This document shows, piece after piece, positions 26,050 through 37,115 of a stretch of 64,000 nucleotides of DNA. The position numbers and the translations under genes were made by a program. The notes under the pieces were generated by a model. It was not told the origin of the DNA and did not search any database. It was given only the letters and a program-made list of their open reading frames with translations. Location of the stretch: positions 145,268,001-145,332,000 of the forward strand of contig NC_058368.1 of NCBI RefSeq assembly GCF_018350175.1. Reading direction: 5' to 3'. The first letter of the stretch is position 1; each line of letters opens with the position of its first letter. This stretch comes from Felis catus. Its lineage: Eukaryota.

Positions 26050-26312
26050 TTTTTTTTTTTTTTTTTTTTTTTTTAGTTTCAACCTATTTATTTATGTATT
26101 TATTTTTTTTAATATGAAATTTATTGTCAAATTGGTTTCCATACAATACCCAGTGCTTATCCCAACAGGTGCCCTCCTCAATACCCATCACCCACCCTCC
26201 TCTCCATCCCACCCCCCCCCATCAACCCCCAGTTTATTCTCAGTTTTTAAGAGTCTCTTATGGTTTGGCTCCCTCCCTCTCTAACTTTTTTTTTTCTTCC
26301 CCTCCTCCCTTC
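26050..26312 (-). mobile_element. L1_Fc-type 3' end
   Basis: Same 3'UTR as 10425-11008; about 25-nt T tract. Confidence 0.93.
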
Positions 26313-26429
26313 TTGATGACACAAGTCTCTCTCCTTGACCTTGGTTTTGGTGTAGAAGATTTTGCTTATTATAAGCTTTTCTGAGCTTTTTTATGGAATG
26401 AAAAAAGAGCTTTTCTGTTTCCTCACTTG

Positions 26430-26728
26430 CTATGAGTCTCTAGCAATATCACTGGGCTTCAGTTCATTCAAGTTTCTCTATAAAGTTTGTGAATGACTGC
26501 AAGTTGTTTTATTTTTAAAGTATAGAACCAAGATACTTATCTACAAAAGCATTTAACGCCTCTAGGCAACTAGATTTCTTCAACATGTCTTTCTGTATCA
26601 CTAGCCTTCTAACAAGAGTGTCAAAGCACTCCAGACCCTTTCTAATACTTTCAGATGACCCATTACAGTCCTTCGGATTAAATATGAGGCACTGATACGC
26701 ATTATCTTGGCTTTACCAAAGAGCTTTG
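26430..26728 (-). pseudogene. ZSWIM-like exon remnant
   Basis: AYQCLIFNPKDCNGSSESIRKGLECFDT vs recalled ZSWIM6 [29 protein letters not shown]; frame open for more than 60 codons. Confidence 0.75.
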
Positions 26729-27899
26729 ACTAGTGCTTCTCAAATTGAATTTAGGACTTGGAAAGGTCATTAGAGAAATCAGAGAAGCAGAGACAAGGAC
26801 TCCAGCATAAGGAACTGTTCTCCTCTTCCCTTGCCCCTTCTGTCTGAATTTCCTTCTTTTATTCTGAAAGAATTTGTTTATCTGGAGCCCCCTTATGTGG
26901 TTACATCAATCAATTGGCTTATTTGTTGTACTCAGAAGTTGAGCAATAAAAAGGCTTCTAAACTCCCAAATTTATCAAAATGTTTAGGCCCTTGACTCTT
27001 CTTTATAGCAGCTTTACTGAAATATAATTCACATATCATAAAATCTGATCTTTCAAGTGTACAATGCAGTGAATTTTAGTTTATATACATTGTTGTGCAC
27101 CCATCAGCACTGTGTAATTCCAGAGCATTTTCATCACCCCAAAAATAAATCCCAAAGTCATTAGCTGTTACTCTCCTTACTCCCCTCCCTTCATCTCTAG
27201 GCAGCTACTAATCTACTTTCTTTCTCTATGAATTTGCCTATTGTGAATATTTCATATAAATGGAATCAAACAATATGTGACCTTTTGTGTCAGGTCTGTT
27301 TCACTTAGCATAATGTTTTCAAGGTTTCCCCATGTTGTACCGTGCATCAGTACATCATTTTTTAAAATAGATAAATAATATTCCATTGTCTGAGTATATT
27401 GCATTTTGTTTATCTGATCATCTGTTGATGGACAATTGGGTCATTTCCACCTATTGGCTATTGTGAATAGAGCTGCTCTGAACATTTGTGTACAAGTTTT
27501 TATTTGAACATCTGTTTTCACTTCTTGTAGGTATATGCCTAGAAGTGAAATTGCTGGATCATATGGCTTTTCTATATATAGCTAGCTTGTTGAGAAATTG
27601 CCAAACTGTTTTCCAAAGTGGTGGCATGATTTAACATTCCCATCACCATTGTATGAGGGTTCCAATTTATTCACATCGTCTACAGTACTTGCTGTTTTCC
27701 TTAAACAACGACAACAACAAAACAAGTATGGCTGTCCTAGTGGTTGTGACTTGGTACCTCATTGTAGTTTTGATTTGCATTCCCTGATGGCTAACAATAT
27801 TAAGCATCTTTTTTACATGGTAAACATTCTTTGGAGAAATGTCTATTGCCAAGTCTTCTGTCATTTTTTAAATTGGGTTGTCTTTTTGTTATTGAGTTG

Positions 27900-28046
27900 T
27901 GGATCGTGAATTATATATGCCAACACGGAGAGGCTATGGTGCCCAATTGTTCACTCAAACACTTGTCTACATATTGCTGTAAAGAAATTTTGTAGACATA
28001 ATTACCATTTATAGTTGACTTTTTTTAAGTTTATGTATTTATTTTC

Positions 28047-28092
<46 letters not shown>

Positions 28093-28704
28093 TGCATGAA
28101 TAGGTGAGGGGCAGAGAGAGAGAATCCTAAGCAGACCTCACATTATGAACATGGAGTCTGACCTGGTGCTTAATCCCACAAACTGAACCATGAGATCGTG
28201 ACCTGAGCTGAAATCAATAATCAGATGCTTAGCCTACTGAGCCACCCAGGAGCCCCCCATTTACAGGTGACTTTAAGTAGGAGACTACCCTTGATAATAG
28301 TGGTGGACTTCAATCCCATCAGTTGAAGGTCTGAAGAGCAAAAGCTGAGGTTTCCGGAAGAAGAAAGAATTCTGCCTCAAGACTAGAAGTACTGCTTGAG
28401 TTTCTAGCCTGTAGGCCAGACCCATAATCATGTGAGCCAGTTCCTTAAAATAAATCTCTTTATATGTATGTATGTTTGTATATAAGTATGTATATACATG
28501 TATTATATATAACACATGTGTATATATGTAAGTACGTTTGTATATTACATACAAGCACATATGTATATACATTATACACATACACTGTGTATGTGTGTGT
28601 GTATATATATGTATATATATATATGTACACACATATATGTATATATACATATACACATATATATTCTATTGGTTTTGTTTCTCTGGAGAACCGTGACTTA
28701 TATA
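27900..28704 (+). mobile_element. MLT2 (MLT2D-like) ERVL solo LTR with internal (TA/CA)n tract
   Basis: ggctatggtgccc...gaattctgcctcaagac...ctctggagaaccgtgacttatata; TSD agttg/aattg. Confidence 0.88.
28021..28256 (-). mobile_element. Can-SINE inside MLT2
   Basis: TSD ccatttatagttgact/ccatttacaggtgact. Confidence 0.93.
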
Positions 28705-28934
28705 AATTGTTAAAGTTCTTTGTATATTTATATATTCTGGATACTAGATCCTTATTAAATATACGAAAATAGAACTAATTTTGTTAAGCTGCTCCAGTTG
28801 TGTTCGTTACATGCAGCCATAAAATCCTAAATGAATCTCAAGGTTTTCTGGGGATCAGATAGAAAAAGAAATATAAAACACTTAGCATGATGCTTGACAC
28901 ATACCTCAATTAATATTATTACTATTTTATCACA

Positions 28935-29358
28935 TTTGGATTCATTTAGAGCAATAAGCCCTATACCACTCAGTAGACCCTAAAGGTATTATTCATTATT
29001 CAGTAGATGCTTATGAATCCCTATTATGTATAAGATACTATGTGGGGTATGATGCAGGACCAGCTTCGTGGTGTGCATCCTGTGCAGTCGTACAGGGCCC
29101 TGTATTTAATGTTCTGTTGCTGTCATTTTCAAATACTTATTAAGTCTTGAACAAGAGGCTCTGCATTTGTATTTTGCACTGGGCTCTGCACATTATGTAG
29201 CCAATTCTGTTCTGATAACTAGAAAATTCTTTTTGTTCAGAATAATAACTGATATTTCCAAAAATTACTATGTGTTATTCAGAAAACATTAAATCTTGCT
29301 AAATATTCTCTAAGAAGACTGAGAAATATACAGTACCTTTAGAAACATCTTGCCAAAC
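28935..29358 (-). pseudogene. ZSWIM-like exon remnant split by MER45A and an L2 fragment
   Basis: Acceptor tttatttacatcag; VWQDVSKGTVYFSVFLE..QDLMF, LEISV, then IPLGSTE (28989-28969) vs recalled ZSWIM8 SKAAFLLTVLSE..HNLAF, LEVKL, IPLGPSE. Confidence 0.75.
29055..29209 (+). mobile_element. MER45A hAT-Tip100 MITE
   Basis: caggaccagcttc...tgtgcagtcgtacagggcc...attatgtagccaattctg. Confidence 0.88.
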
Positions 29359-29421
29359 CTGATGTAAATAAATGAGATTTTGATATTTAAAAGGTAAGCT
29401 TTAGTTATCTGACAAATTCAC

Positions 29422-29600
29422 TTGTTTAGAACAGTCAAGAGCCTTGTAAGTGAAATATCAATATATTTTGCAATAGCAATAAAGAGTGAAGCTGCAGGCT
29501 TTGTTGTGGTAGTAGTTGTTAGGAGTTGGAGAGTTTATACTGCTAAGGTTTGGGGGTGGGGGCTAGGAAGTAAAACTTTTGAAATAGCTACATCTTCTCC
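29422..29600 (-). pseudogene. ZSWIM-like exon remnant
   Basis: AV*TLQ..NNY..KA.SLFIAIAKYI vs recalled [26 protein letters not shown]; donor aa|gtgaat. Confidence 0.6.
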
Positions 29601-30065
29601 CCAGTTATTATTGGTATAACAAACAGGAACTCACTGTGGGCCATTAGACAAGTTGCTTAACCTCTCTTAATCTTAGTTTTCCTTTCTATAAAATGAGAAT
29701 CCTCTATGCAAAGGATCAGATTTTTAGTGCTGTATCATGGGAGGTACAGCAAATATCCTTTTCTCTGAATCTTCCCTTTCAGAGATGTATTGAGGACCTA
29801 CAATGTGCTGTGTTTCATTCTAAACACTATGGACACATTGTTGAGTAAGGGTCCTTGTTCTCAAGAAGATTATACTCTTGTAAAGAAAGAGAGATGATAA
29901 ACCCGCTAGGGTAAATATGATCACTTCAGGCTGCAATAGATGCAAATGAAGAGGATTAAATGGGTAGAGTTGTCAGGGGGAAGCTTTCTGAGTAGCTGAC
30001 TTGTAAGTTGATATCTGAATGATGAACATGAGGAAGTTAGGTGAGGATCCAGAGAAAACTATTCT

Positions 30066-30102
30066 TTCTTTTTTAATGTTTATTTACTTATTTTGAGAGA
30101 GT

Positions 30103-30146
<44 letters not shown>

Positions 30147-30308
30147 ACGAGCAGGGGAGGCAGAGAGAGAGGGAGAGAGAGAATCCCAAGCAGGCTTCAC
30201 TCTGCCAATGCAGAGCCTGATGTGGGGCTTGAACCCAGGAACTGAGATCATGACCTGAGCCCAAATCAAGAGCTGGATGCTTAACCAACTAAGCCACCCA
30301 GGCTCCTC
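30066..30308 (-). mobile_element. Can-SINE
   Basis: (GA)n, gagatcatgacctgag, gccacccagg. Confidence 0.95.
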
Positions 30309-30326
30309 CCAGAGAAACGTATTGCT

Positions 30327-30556
30327 TTTAAAAACGTTTATTTATTTATTTTGAGAGAGAGTGCCCAGGTTGGGGAGGGGCAGGAAGAGGGAGAGGGAGA
30401 GGGAGAGAGAGAGAGAGACAAAGAGAGAATCCAAAGCAGGCTCTGCACCAGTAGTATGGAGCCTGATGTGGGGCTCAAACTCACAAACCATGAGATCATG
30501 ACCTGAGCTGAAACCAAGAATTAGGCTCATAACCGACTAAGCCACACAGGGCGCCC
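30327..30556 (-). mobile_element. Can-SINE
   Basis: Second copy directly adjacent. Confidence 0.95.
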
Positions 30557-31378
30557 CCCAAAAACATACTCTTAGTAAAAAGGCACTGCAGGAACAAAGG
30601 CTTCAAGAGTGGAATGGGCTTGGTTTGTATGAAGACAGGGAGAATCCCTTGTGACTATAGTACAGGTGCAAGGGAGCAGGGTGAGCTGTGAGAACAGAAA
30701 GACAGACTGGTGCCAGATCAGTAAGGCTTTGTGGACCCAGTTTGGATTTTATTCTGGTTCAGGGAGAGGTCTTTGGAGGGGTGTAAGCAGCAGAAAAGTA
30801 GTCTGATTTATGCTTCAGGAATACTCCTCTAGCTGGCTGCTCTGTGCAGGAATCAGATGGACTGAAGGTTGACAAAAGTGGTGGCAGTGACCACATCAAG
30901 GGGATACTCCATCAATCGAGGAGAAAGAAGATGGGGTTTGACTAGGGTTGTGCTCTTGCGAGCTAGTAAGCAGTAGTTGGAGTCAGGATACACTTTGGAG
31001 GTAGAGCTGACAGGACTTACTGTTGGATTGAATATCAGAGTGAGGAAAGGAGAGAGTTTTTTAGTTTGCCCTAATGAAAACTTTAATACATGTTCACTAT
31101 AGAAAGCTTGGGAAATTCAGGGAAATGTTCAGCAGGCTACCTGTTTTATTTTGTAATATGATTTACATTTAATATGTTAACCTAGCTTTTTCTTGCACAA
31201 GGAGAACTTTACCATTATTGAGTATTGTTGCTACCCTTTTGAAAATTTCAGTGCATCTTTACTTATTAGAAGCTTAGAAGATTATTGAAATTAGAAGCAA
31301 ACAAAAAACAGGAGAGGAAAAACCTGCTCCACCCTATTTAACAGTTTCCTAACCTTAGTTGTAGTTGACCTTTTCCTC

Positions 31379-31592
31379 TTTTTTTTTTTTTTTTTTTAAT
31401 GTATGTTTACTTTTGAGAGAAAGCGAGTGAGCAGGGGAGGGGCAGAGACAGAGGGGGACAGAGGATCTGAAGCAGGCTCCAGGGTCTGTCTTGACAGCAG
31501 AGACCCTGAGGCAAGGCTCAAACTCATGAACGATGAGATCATGACCTGAGCCAAAGTCAGATGCTCAATTGACTGAGCCACCCAGGCACCCC
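31379..31592 (-). mobile_element. Can-SINE
   Basis: TSD tgaccttttcct/tgaccttcttcct. Confidence 0.95.
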
Positions 31593-31804
31593 TGACCTTC
31601 TTCCTTTTTGATGGTTCTTTTGTATAATATCTATTACCATCTCTATCACTTATCCCCAGAAAACATGATCTAATACTATATTAGATCTTTCCCTCTCATT
31701 CCTATTTCCCTTACACATAAAAGTTAGATTTTCAGGTTCTAAGCCCAGATCATTTACTGAGTGCACCAACACAGTTCTTCATGAGGACTTCATGAGGACT
31801 TAAC

Positions 31805-31925
31805 CTAACACCGTCTTTTATCCCTTCTGTTATCATTCTAGGAGGCAAATATTGCCTAGATTACATTGTTCTATAGTGTTTTTAATGGTTTTCCTAATCC
31901 AGAGCTGTTCTATCTACCAGTTATT
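31805..31925 (-). pseudogene. ZSWIM-like exon remnant
   Basis: Strong acceptor ccacc(t)11ataag; IEQLWIRKTIKNTIEQCNL vs recalled LERLF..AVEAC (ZSWIM8) and AIEACDL (ZSWIM6); 3' border uncertain. Confidence 0.6.
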
Positions 31926-32084
31926 CTTATAAAAAAAAAAGGTGGGGAACTTGTGTAAAATTATGTTTAAAATTACGTCTCCCAAATACCTTATCTTTCT
32001 CTCAACATTGAGGGTGACAACCAGTGGAATATGAATTACGTTGATAACATACAACTAGTAGAGATGAGGGAAACCGAGTTTTAA

Positions 32085-32300
32085 AAAAAATTTGTTTTAA
32101 CATTTATTTATTTTTGAGAGAGTGAGACAGAGGACGAGTGGGGGAGGGGACAAAGTGAGAGGGAGACACAGAATCCAAAGCAGGCTCCAGGCTCTGAGCT
32201 GTCAGCACAGAGACCCACGTGGGGCTCGAACTCACAGACTACGAGATCACGACCTGAGCCAAAGTCGGATGCTTAACCGACTCAGCCACCCAGGTGCCCC
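32085..32300 (-). mobile_element. Can-SINE (SINEC_Fc)
   Basis: TSD agggaaaccgagttttaaa/agggaaattgagttttaaa. Confidence 0.96.
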
Positions 32301-32879
32301 AAGGGAAATTGAGTTTTAAACCTGAGAATGCATATGTAGGTGTTTGTAAGTATATACAGTCAAAACTCCTTAATTTAAGTCTCTAATTTGCATTTTGGGA
32401 GTAACAACAGTGGGCATTTAGTGATATCCCAGGGGGATAGAGCAAAAATATATTTTCTTTGTCTCTGTATGACTTGCAATTGTCTAAAATGTCAAGAAGA
32501 AAAAAAATATCACATTTAAAAAATATTTTGGGTAGGTATTGCTAATAATAATAATAATAATAATATTGAATACTTATGCTCCAGCAGCAGTTGGTGCCTT
32601 ATACTTAGTTTAATTTTAAGATTTTAATAAATGAAAATATCTATAGGAAGTACTATATATTATCACACTTAAAGCAGCCAATTAAATTAGTCTCTTGATA
32701 TAGACTACTTTATAAACTCATTTATCATGCAAGTTAGCTTGGTCTGACCTTTCCACTCCTTCTTGGATAAGGATAGTAGCAATTTCTCAGTAGCAAAATT
32801 ATTGATTTTTTTTTTTTGTACAGAGCTTCTTTTCTAGTTTGGTTTTCCGTTGTTTTATGCACTTCTATTCTTGAGTCAC

Positions 32880-33160
32880 CTTCTCAGAGAATGGAGTCCC
32901 ATTTACATGTTGGCAAGAAAATCCTGTTTGGAAGAGTATGGGAAACTGTATCTTAATGTCCAAGCTAATTAGCCACACCTAAACAATTTATGAAGGCATT
33001 TTGCTCAATATGGAGTATTTATCTTCTTCAATAAGCAGAAGAACATGTTGATTATCTATTGAAGCTTGGCACGCTTGCCAAGCAAATTCAGTTCTTCTTT
33101 TGTTACACTATTTAACCTTGTGTGCTCTAATACCTTTTTCCTGAATTTTCATTCTGATTC
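32880..33160 (-). pseudogene. ZSWIM-like exon remnant
   Basis: AG at 33162-33161, donor aag|gtgact; SKMPS*IV*VWLISLD vs recalled ASMCDEMVTLWRLAVLD; splice to the previous exon completes a Trp codon (tg|g). Confidence 0.6.
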
Positions 33161-33244
33161 CTACATGTTAAATGATGATCCATTTGTCACATGTGATATT
33201 GGCATAGGTAATTTACTCAGCTAATTGAGAATGTTTCCCTTTAC

Positions 33245-33375
33245 CAATAACTTTTAATGGTTTGGCAAGGTATCTCCTTCCAAGGAATAATTAAAAAGTA
33301 ACCATAGCCTTTACCACATTTGGGAGATTTAAAGAAAATAACTTTCTTAATGCAAAAATTACATCTGAACTCAGT
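33245..33375 (-). pseudogene. ZSWIM-like exon remnant (131 bp, stop-free)
   Basis: tttacag| ... |gtaaag; TEFRCNFCIKKVIF...FLIIPWKEIPCQTIKSYW vs recalled PEGVWNLLSIVREMF...LLEILTDQCLTYEQITGWW. Confidence 0.7.
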
Positions 33376-33454
33376 CTGTAAATTTGTAAAAAGGTAAAGA
33401 TTTTCCCAGAAAAATAAGGAGGTCAAGTTCTTAGATAGAAGAGAACTTATATTT

Positions 33455-33670
33455 GCTGGTACCAATTATAAGCCAGAAACTGTGCTGGGAGTTTAATGTA
33501 CATTATTTCCTTTAGCACCACGAGATATTTCTCCTATCTGCATTCTGTGGTGAAACTGAGGCTCAGAGAGGTCAAATAACTCATGCAATCAACTAATGGG
33601 TGTTTGGCCTGAGATCTAATGCCAAGTCTGTTGGACTAAATTTTATCCCTTTCACTCTACTGTGTGTTGC
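33455..33670 (-). mobile_element. MIR SINE
   Basis: gtgaaactgaggctcagagaggtcaaataactc. Confidence 0.8.
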
Positions 33671-33671
33671 T

Positions 33672-33838
33672 GCTTCAGTTGACATGATCAGTACATCTGA
33701 CCCTAACTTGTTCAGATTCACAGAGTTCTCTTGACTCGTTTCTCAGTAATGTTGATGGAAGGGCAAGAGACCCTTATCCCATGTAATTCTGATCTTTTAC
33801 TCATGGTCCAAAGCAGGCAGTCTGTAGTGTGAGGGGTA
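33672..33838 (-). pseudogene. ZSWIM-like exon remnant
   Basis: gttttcag|; CLL..MSKRSELHGIR, TEKRVKRTL and SDVLIMSTE vs recalled RLL..LSQNSEINQVH, TDNIKKTL and SDVNSMYLSSTE. Confidence 0.65.
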
Positions 33839-33978
33839 CTGAAAACTTCTGTGTGCCCTTACGTGGAGGAATGAGACTATCATTGCTTCCTAACAACGGT
33901 GGTCTGTGTTTTCTCTTGGTAGCTGGGATTTTGTTCTAAGGAAGGACACTATTATATATTTTCCTCTGTGCTACTCAC

Positions 33979-34241
33979 ACAATTGCTGGTAAACACTGCA
34001 TAAATTACTGATAGGTCCAATACCCTAGTATTCTAGACTGTTATTCTTAGTATTCATAAAACTGTTGGGGTGTCTGTTTAACGGAAATCAACAAAGAATC
34101 ATAAAAGTGGCATTTCTGGGCTTATACACACTTTTGTGAACATCATTGCTAAAAAGAAATTCCTTTTGGCTTCCGATTATATTAAAGTTCCCTAAACACA
34201 GTCCGTTTTTCTTAGGCCACCCTCCAGAGGATTGTTGAATT
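33979..34241 (-). pseudogene. ZSWIM-like exon remnant covering the degenerate SWIM finger
   Basis: ttgttttag| ... |gtgagt; NPLEGG..AKRNFFLAMMF, CH..ILC..R, LRITV.E, YQ*FMQCL vs recalled DPLQIG..PKGAYNVAVMF, CTHVVALCLFR, LRAPVSE, LQKFVQYL. Confidence 0.75.
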
Positions 34242-34434
34242 CTAAAACAAATAAGCCAAACAATGTGTAGATCAAAATTGAGAAATAAGAACTGGTCTCA
34301 GGAATTTTTCTTAATAAAATATATTGGCATTTCTCTTAGCCCAGTACCTATGATTTGCCTCAGTCAATGTGGAAGTCATCAGGTACCTTATTCTTTTCTT
34401 ATTTAAAAAAAATTTTTATAGTTTATTCATTTTT

Positions 34435-34638
34435 TTTAATGTTTATTTATTTTTGAGACAGAGAGAGACAGAGCATGAATGGGGGAGGTTCAGAGAGAAG
34501 GAGACACAGAATCTGAAACAGGCTCCAGGCTCTGAGCGGTCAGCACAGAGCCTGACACGGGGCTCAAACTCACGGACCGCGAGATCACGACCTGAGTGGA
34601 AGTCGGACGCTTAACCAACTGAGCCACCCAGGCGCCCC
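34435..34638 (-). mobile_element. Young Can-SINE nested in the tail of another
   Basis: 16-bp TSD tagtttattcattttt (34419-34434, 34639-34654). Confidence 0.96.
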
Positions 34639-34851
34639 TAGTTTATTCATTTTTGAGAGACAGAGACAGAGCGTGAGTGGGGGAGGGGTAGAGACAGAGA
34701 GAGACGGAGAGAGGGAGACACAGAATCAGAAGCAGGCTCCAGGCTACGAGCTGCCAGAACAGAGCCTGACACGGGGCTCGAACTCACAAACCATGAGATC
34801 ATGACCTGAGCCAAAGTCAAATGCCCAACCAACCGAGCTACCCAGGTGCCC
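34639..34851 (-). mobile_element. Host Can-SINE (rest of tail at about 34400-34418)
   Basis: Full body with reverse head cccaggtgccc. Confidence 0.95.
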
Positions 34852-34949
34852 TGGGTGCCCTGACAGAAGCAAAATGGATTCCATCTGAGTAATCAAGTTA
34901 AGTGCTTTCTACCAATTAAAGACATAAGAGATCGAAAGCAATCTCAAAT

Positions 34950-35845
34950 TTTAAAATTTACTTATTTTCTGACTACTAAGGTAATACCATTTTACTAAAA
35001 TTTTTAGAAAATGTACATGAAAGAAGAAAATTAAAATTATCTGTGATTGCGTACACCTAAAGATAACCGTTATTAACATTTGGTGTACATCTTTTTGTTG
35101 TTGTTGTATTTTAAATAACATTGGTATACTAATCAGGATTCTTGGCCTGCAAGCAACAGAAAGAGTAGTCACTCCTTTAAGTAGAAAGGAATTTATTGAA
35201 AAGATATTTGGTAGCTCAGAAATTCACAAGAAAGCCTGGAGGACCAGTCCTGGAAAAGAGTAGGAGGAGAAGTGACCAAGGGAGGTTGATAACCAGAAAA
35301 TACAATAGAATTATTCTGGGGAGGCTCTCATGCTGCCATGATAAAGACCTTTCCCTGAAGCCAATATTTCTGCTACTGCCAGTCGAGACACTGATGGGGG
35401 TCCTGCTGGCCCTCCTGCCCCAGAAAGTGTTTTGTCTCACTGATGGAATGGAGTTTTTGCCATCCTTGCTCCTGGGGTCACTGGCCCCCAATTCCAAGTC
35501 TGGGTCAGTCTGGGTGCTTGATCAAGTTCAGGTTATATGCCTACTCCAGCTATCAGGGAATAATGACATGTAGGTTCTTAATCCTTTGCTTCTGTAAAGA
35601 TAAGAGGCCTTCACTGAAGGCATCTTCTTCTTCACAAGAAGAATCACATGGTGGGAAATTCCCCAAACTTGGGATGGGAGTTTAGATGCTGAGCAGCCAA
35701 AATCACACATGATGTCTGCCACAATGAGCTCATACAGCTTTATATAGCTCTGTATCCTGCTTTTCTCTCAAACATTAAATCATGACTATTTTCCTAAAAC
35801 ATGAAGTATTTTCCAAAATTAAGACTTTCCAGTGACTCTATAATA
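34950..35845 (-). mobile_element. L1ME-type 3' end split by an LTR
   Basis: agataaccgttattaacatttgg; ctgtatcctgctttt. Confidence 0.55.
35125..35723 (-). mobile_element. LTR33-type ERVL LTR
   Basis: aatcaggattcttggcctgcaagcaacagaa...aggaatttattg...gatgctgagcagccaaaa...tgtctgccaca. Confidence 0.7.
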
Positions 35846-36823
35846 ACAGTCTTGATTTGATCAGTAAATAGCATATGTGATATTAGCTATCCTAAATAAG
35901 GCTTGAAAAGCATGGCAGTTACAAAGGTAGAAGCATCAATCTTAGTACAGAGCTACCTGAATTATTTTTCTACCTTTAGTTAGCACTCTGCAGGGAGAAG
36001 TCAGCCTCTTGAGCTGACTTCATATCTTGGGGCACTGCCTGAAATGACCTAGTTAACCTGAATGAGGCAGGACTGACTGGAAGGGACAGGTTCAGAAGCT
36101 GCCTCTGCCTTGCTAGGCTGGGGCAGGCAATGGGGGCACAGGCCCAGCAGCAGGAGCTGAATGGGAGTTCAGTCCAAAAGGAAGAGAACTCTATATCTAA
36201 CCTGGTAGTAGTTCAGTCAGGAGACTGCCAGCTTTGGAGCATGTTGGGAAGGAAGAATCCATCTGGAAGCTGTTGATAGTCTTGGATTGAGAATTCTAGC
36301 CTTTGGCCTGAGATTCAGGAGCAGCCTGGGGCTGCAAGCAAGATGGGTTTTAGTTCTAGAAAAACTCATAATAGACAAGTGACCAAAAGGAGGACAAGAA
36401 ACATAGCAGGGCCCAGTTACAAGACCGGTGGATAGGGTAGGACCAGGTCTTACAAGCCTGGGTATCAGAACTAAAGCAGACATCCTGCGCTAGCTGGCCA
36501 GCAGCATGATATCGAATTCTGGGCTCAGTTAAGTCACAGACAGAGCCCAGGGATTCCCAGTAAGAACAGCTTTAGGGGCTCAGAACAAGGCCATGGAAGA
36601 CAAGCCCTGTTAGTTGAGGTTGTGCATCTGTGTGTCGGGAAGTCAGACTGGAAAGAAAGCACACAGGTATTCCATATGGAGGCTCTGAGAAAAACTTGCC
36701 TTCTCTCTGTCATTGTTGGCTCTTCAGAGGCTGTGGAAGCTTACCTCTTTTGTTCTCCCTGTGACCACATTAAAAAGTCAGATTCTCTTCCTGTTCAATT
36801 TGTGTATTTGTATACAGTGTCTT

Positions 36824-37033
36824 TTGTTTTGTTTTGTTTTGTTTTTATTTTTTTTTAGAGAGAGGGAGCATGAGTGGGGGAGAGACAAAGGGAGAGGGAG
36901 AGAGAATCCCAAGCAGGCTCCACGCTGTCAGCGCAGAACCTTACACAGGGCTGGAGCCCACAGCCCATGAGATCATGACCTAATCTGAAATCAAGAGTCG
37001 GACACTCAACTGACTGAGCCATCCAGGCACCCC
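36824..37033 (-). mobile_element. Can-SINE
   Basis: TSD tatacagtgtctt/tataaggtgtctt. Confidence 0.94.
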
Positions 37034-37115
37034 TATATAAGGTGTCTTGATCCCCATGGGTTTTTTGAAAATTCTAATATAGTTTTTACATGCCCAAGTA
37101 ATAATTTACAGATAC

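Larger units (their letters stand above)
27002..28765 (-). mobile_element. L1MB-type 3' end hosting MLT2 and SINE
   Basis: cagctttactgaaatataattcacata...; resumes after the LTR at ttaaagttctttgtatatt. Confidence 0.88.
29780..31060 (-). mobile_element. L2 LINE fragment carrying two tandem SINEs
   Basis: gtattgaggacctacaatgtg...ttggaggtagagctgacaggactt. Confidence 0.8.

Noticed and set aside
36000..36600. G-rich segment as a promoter or exon
   Set aside because: Few CpGs and no convincing frame; more likely an old LTR I cannot name
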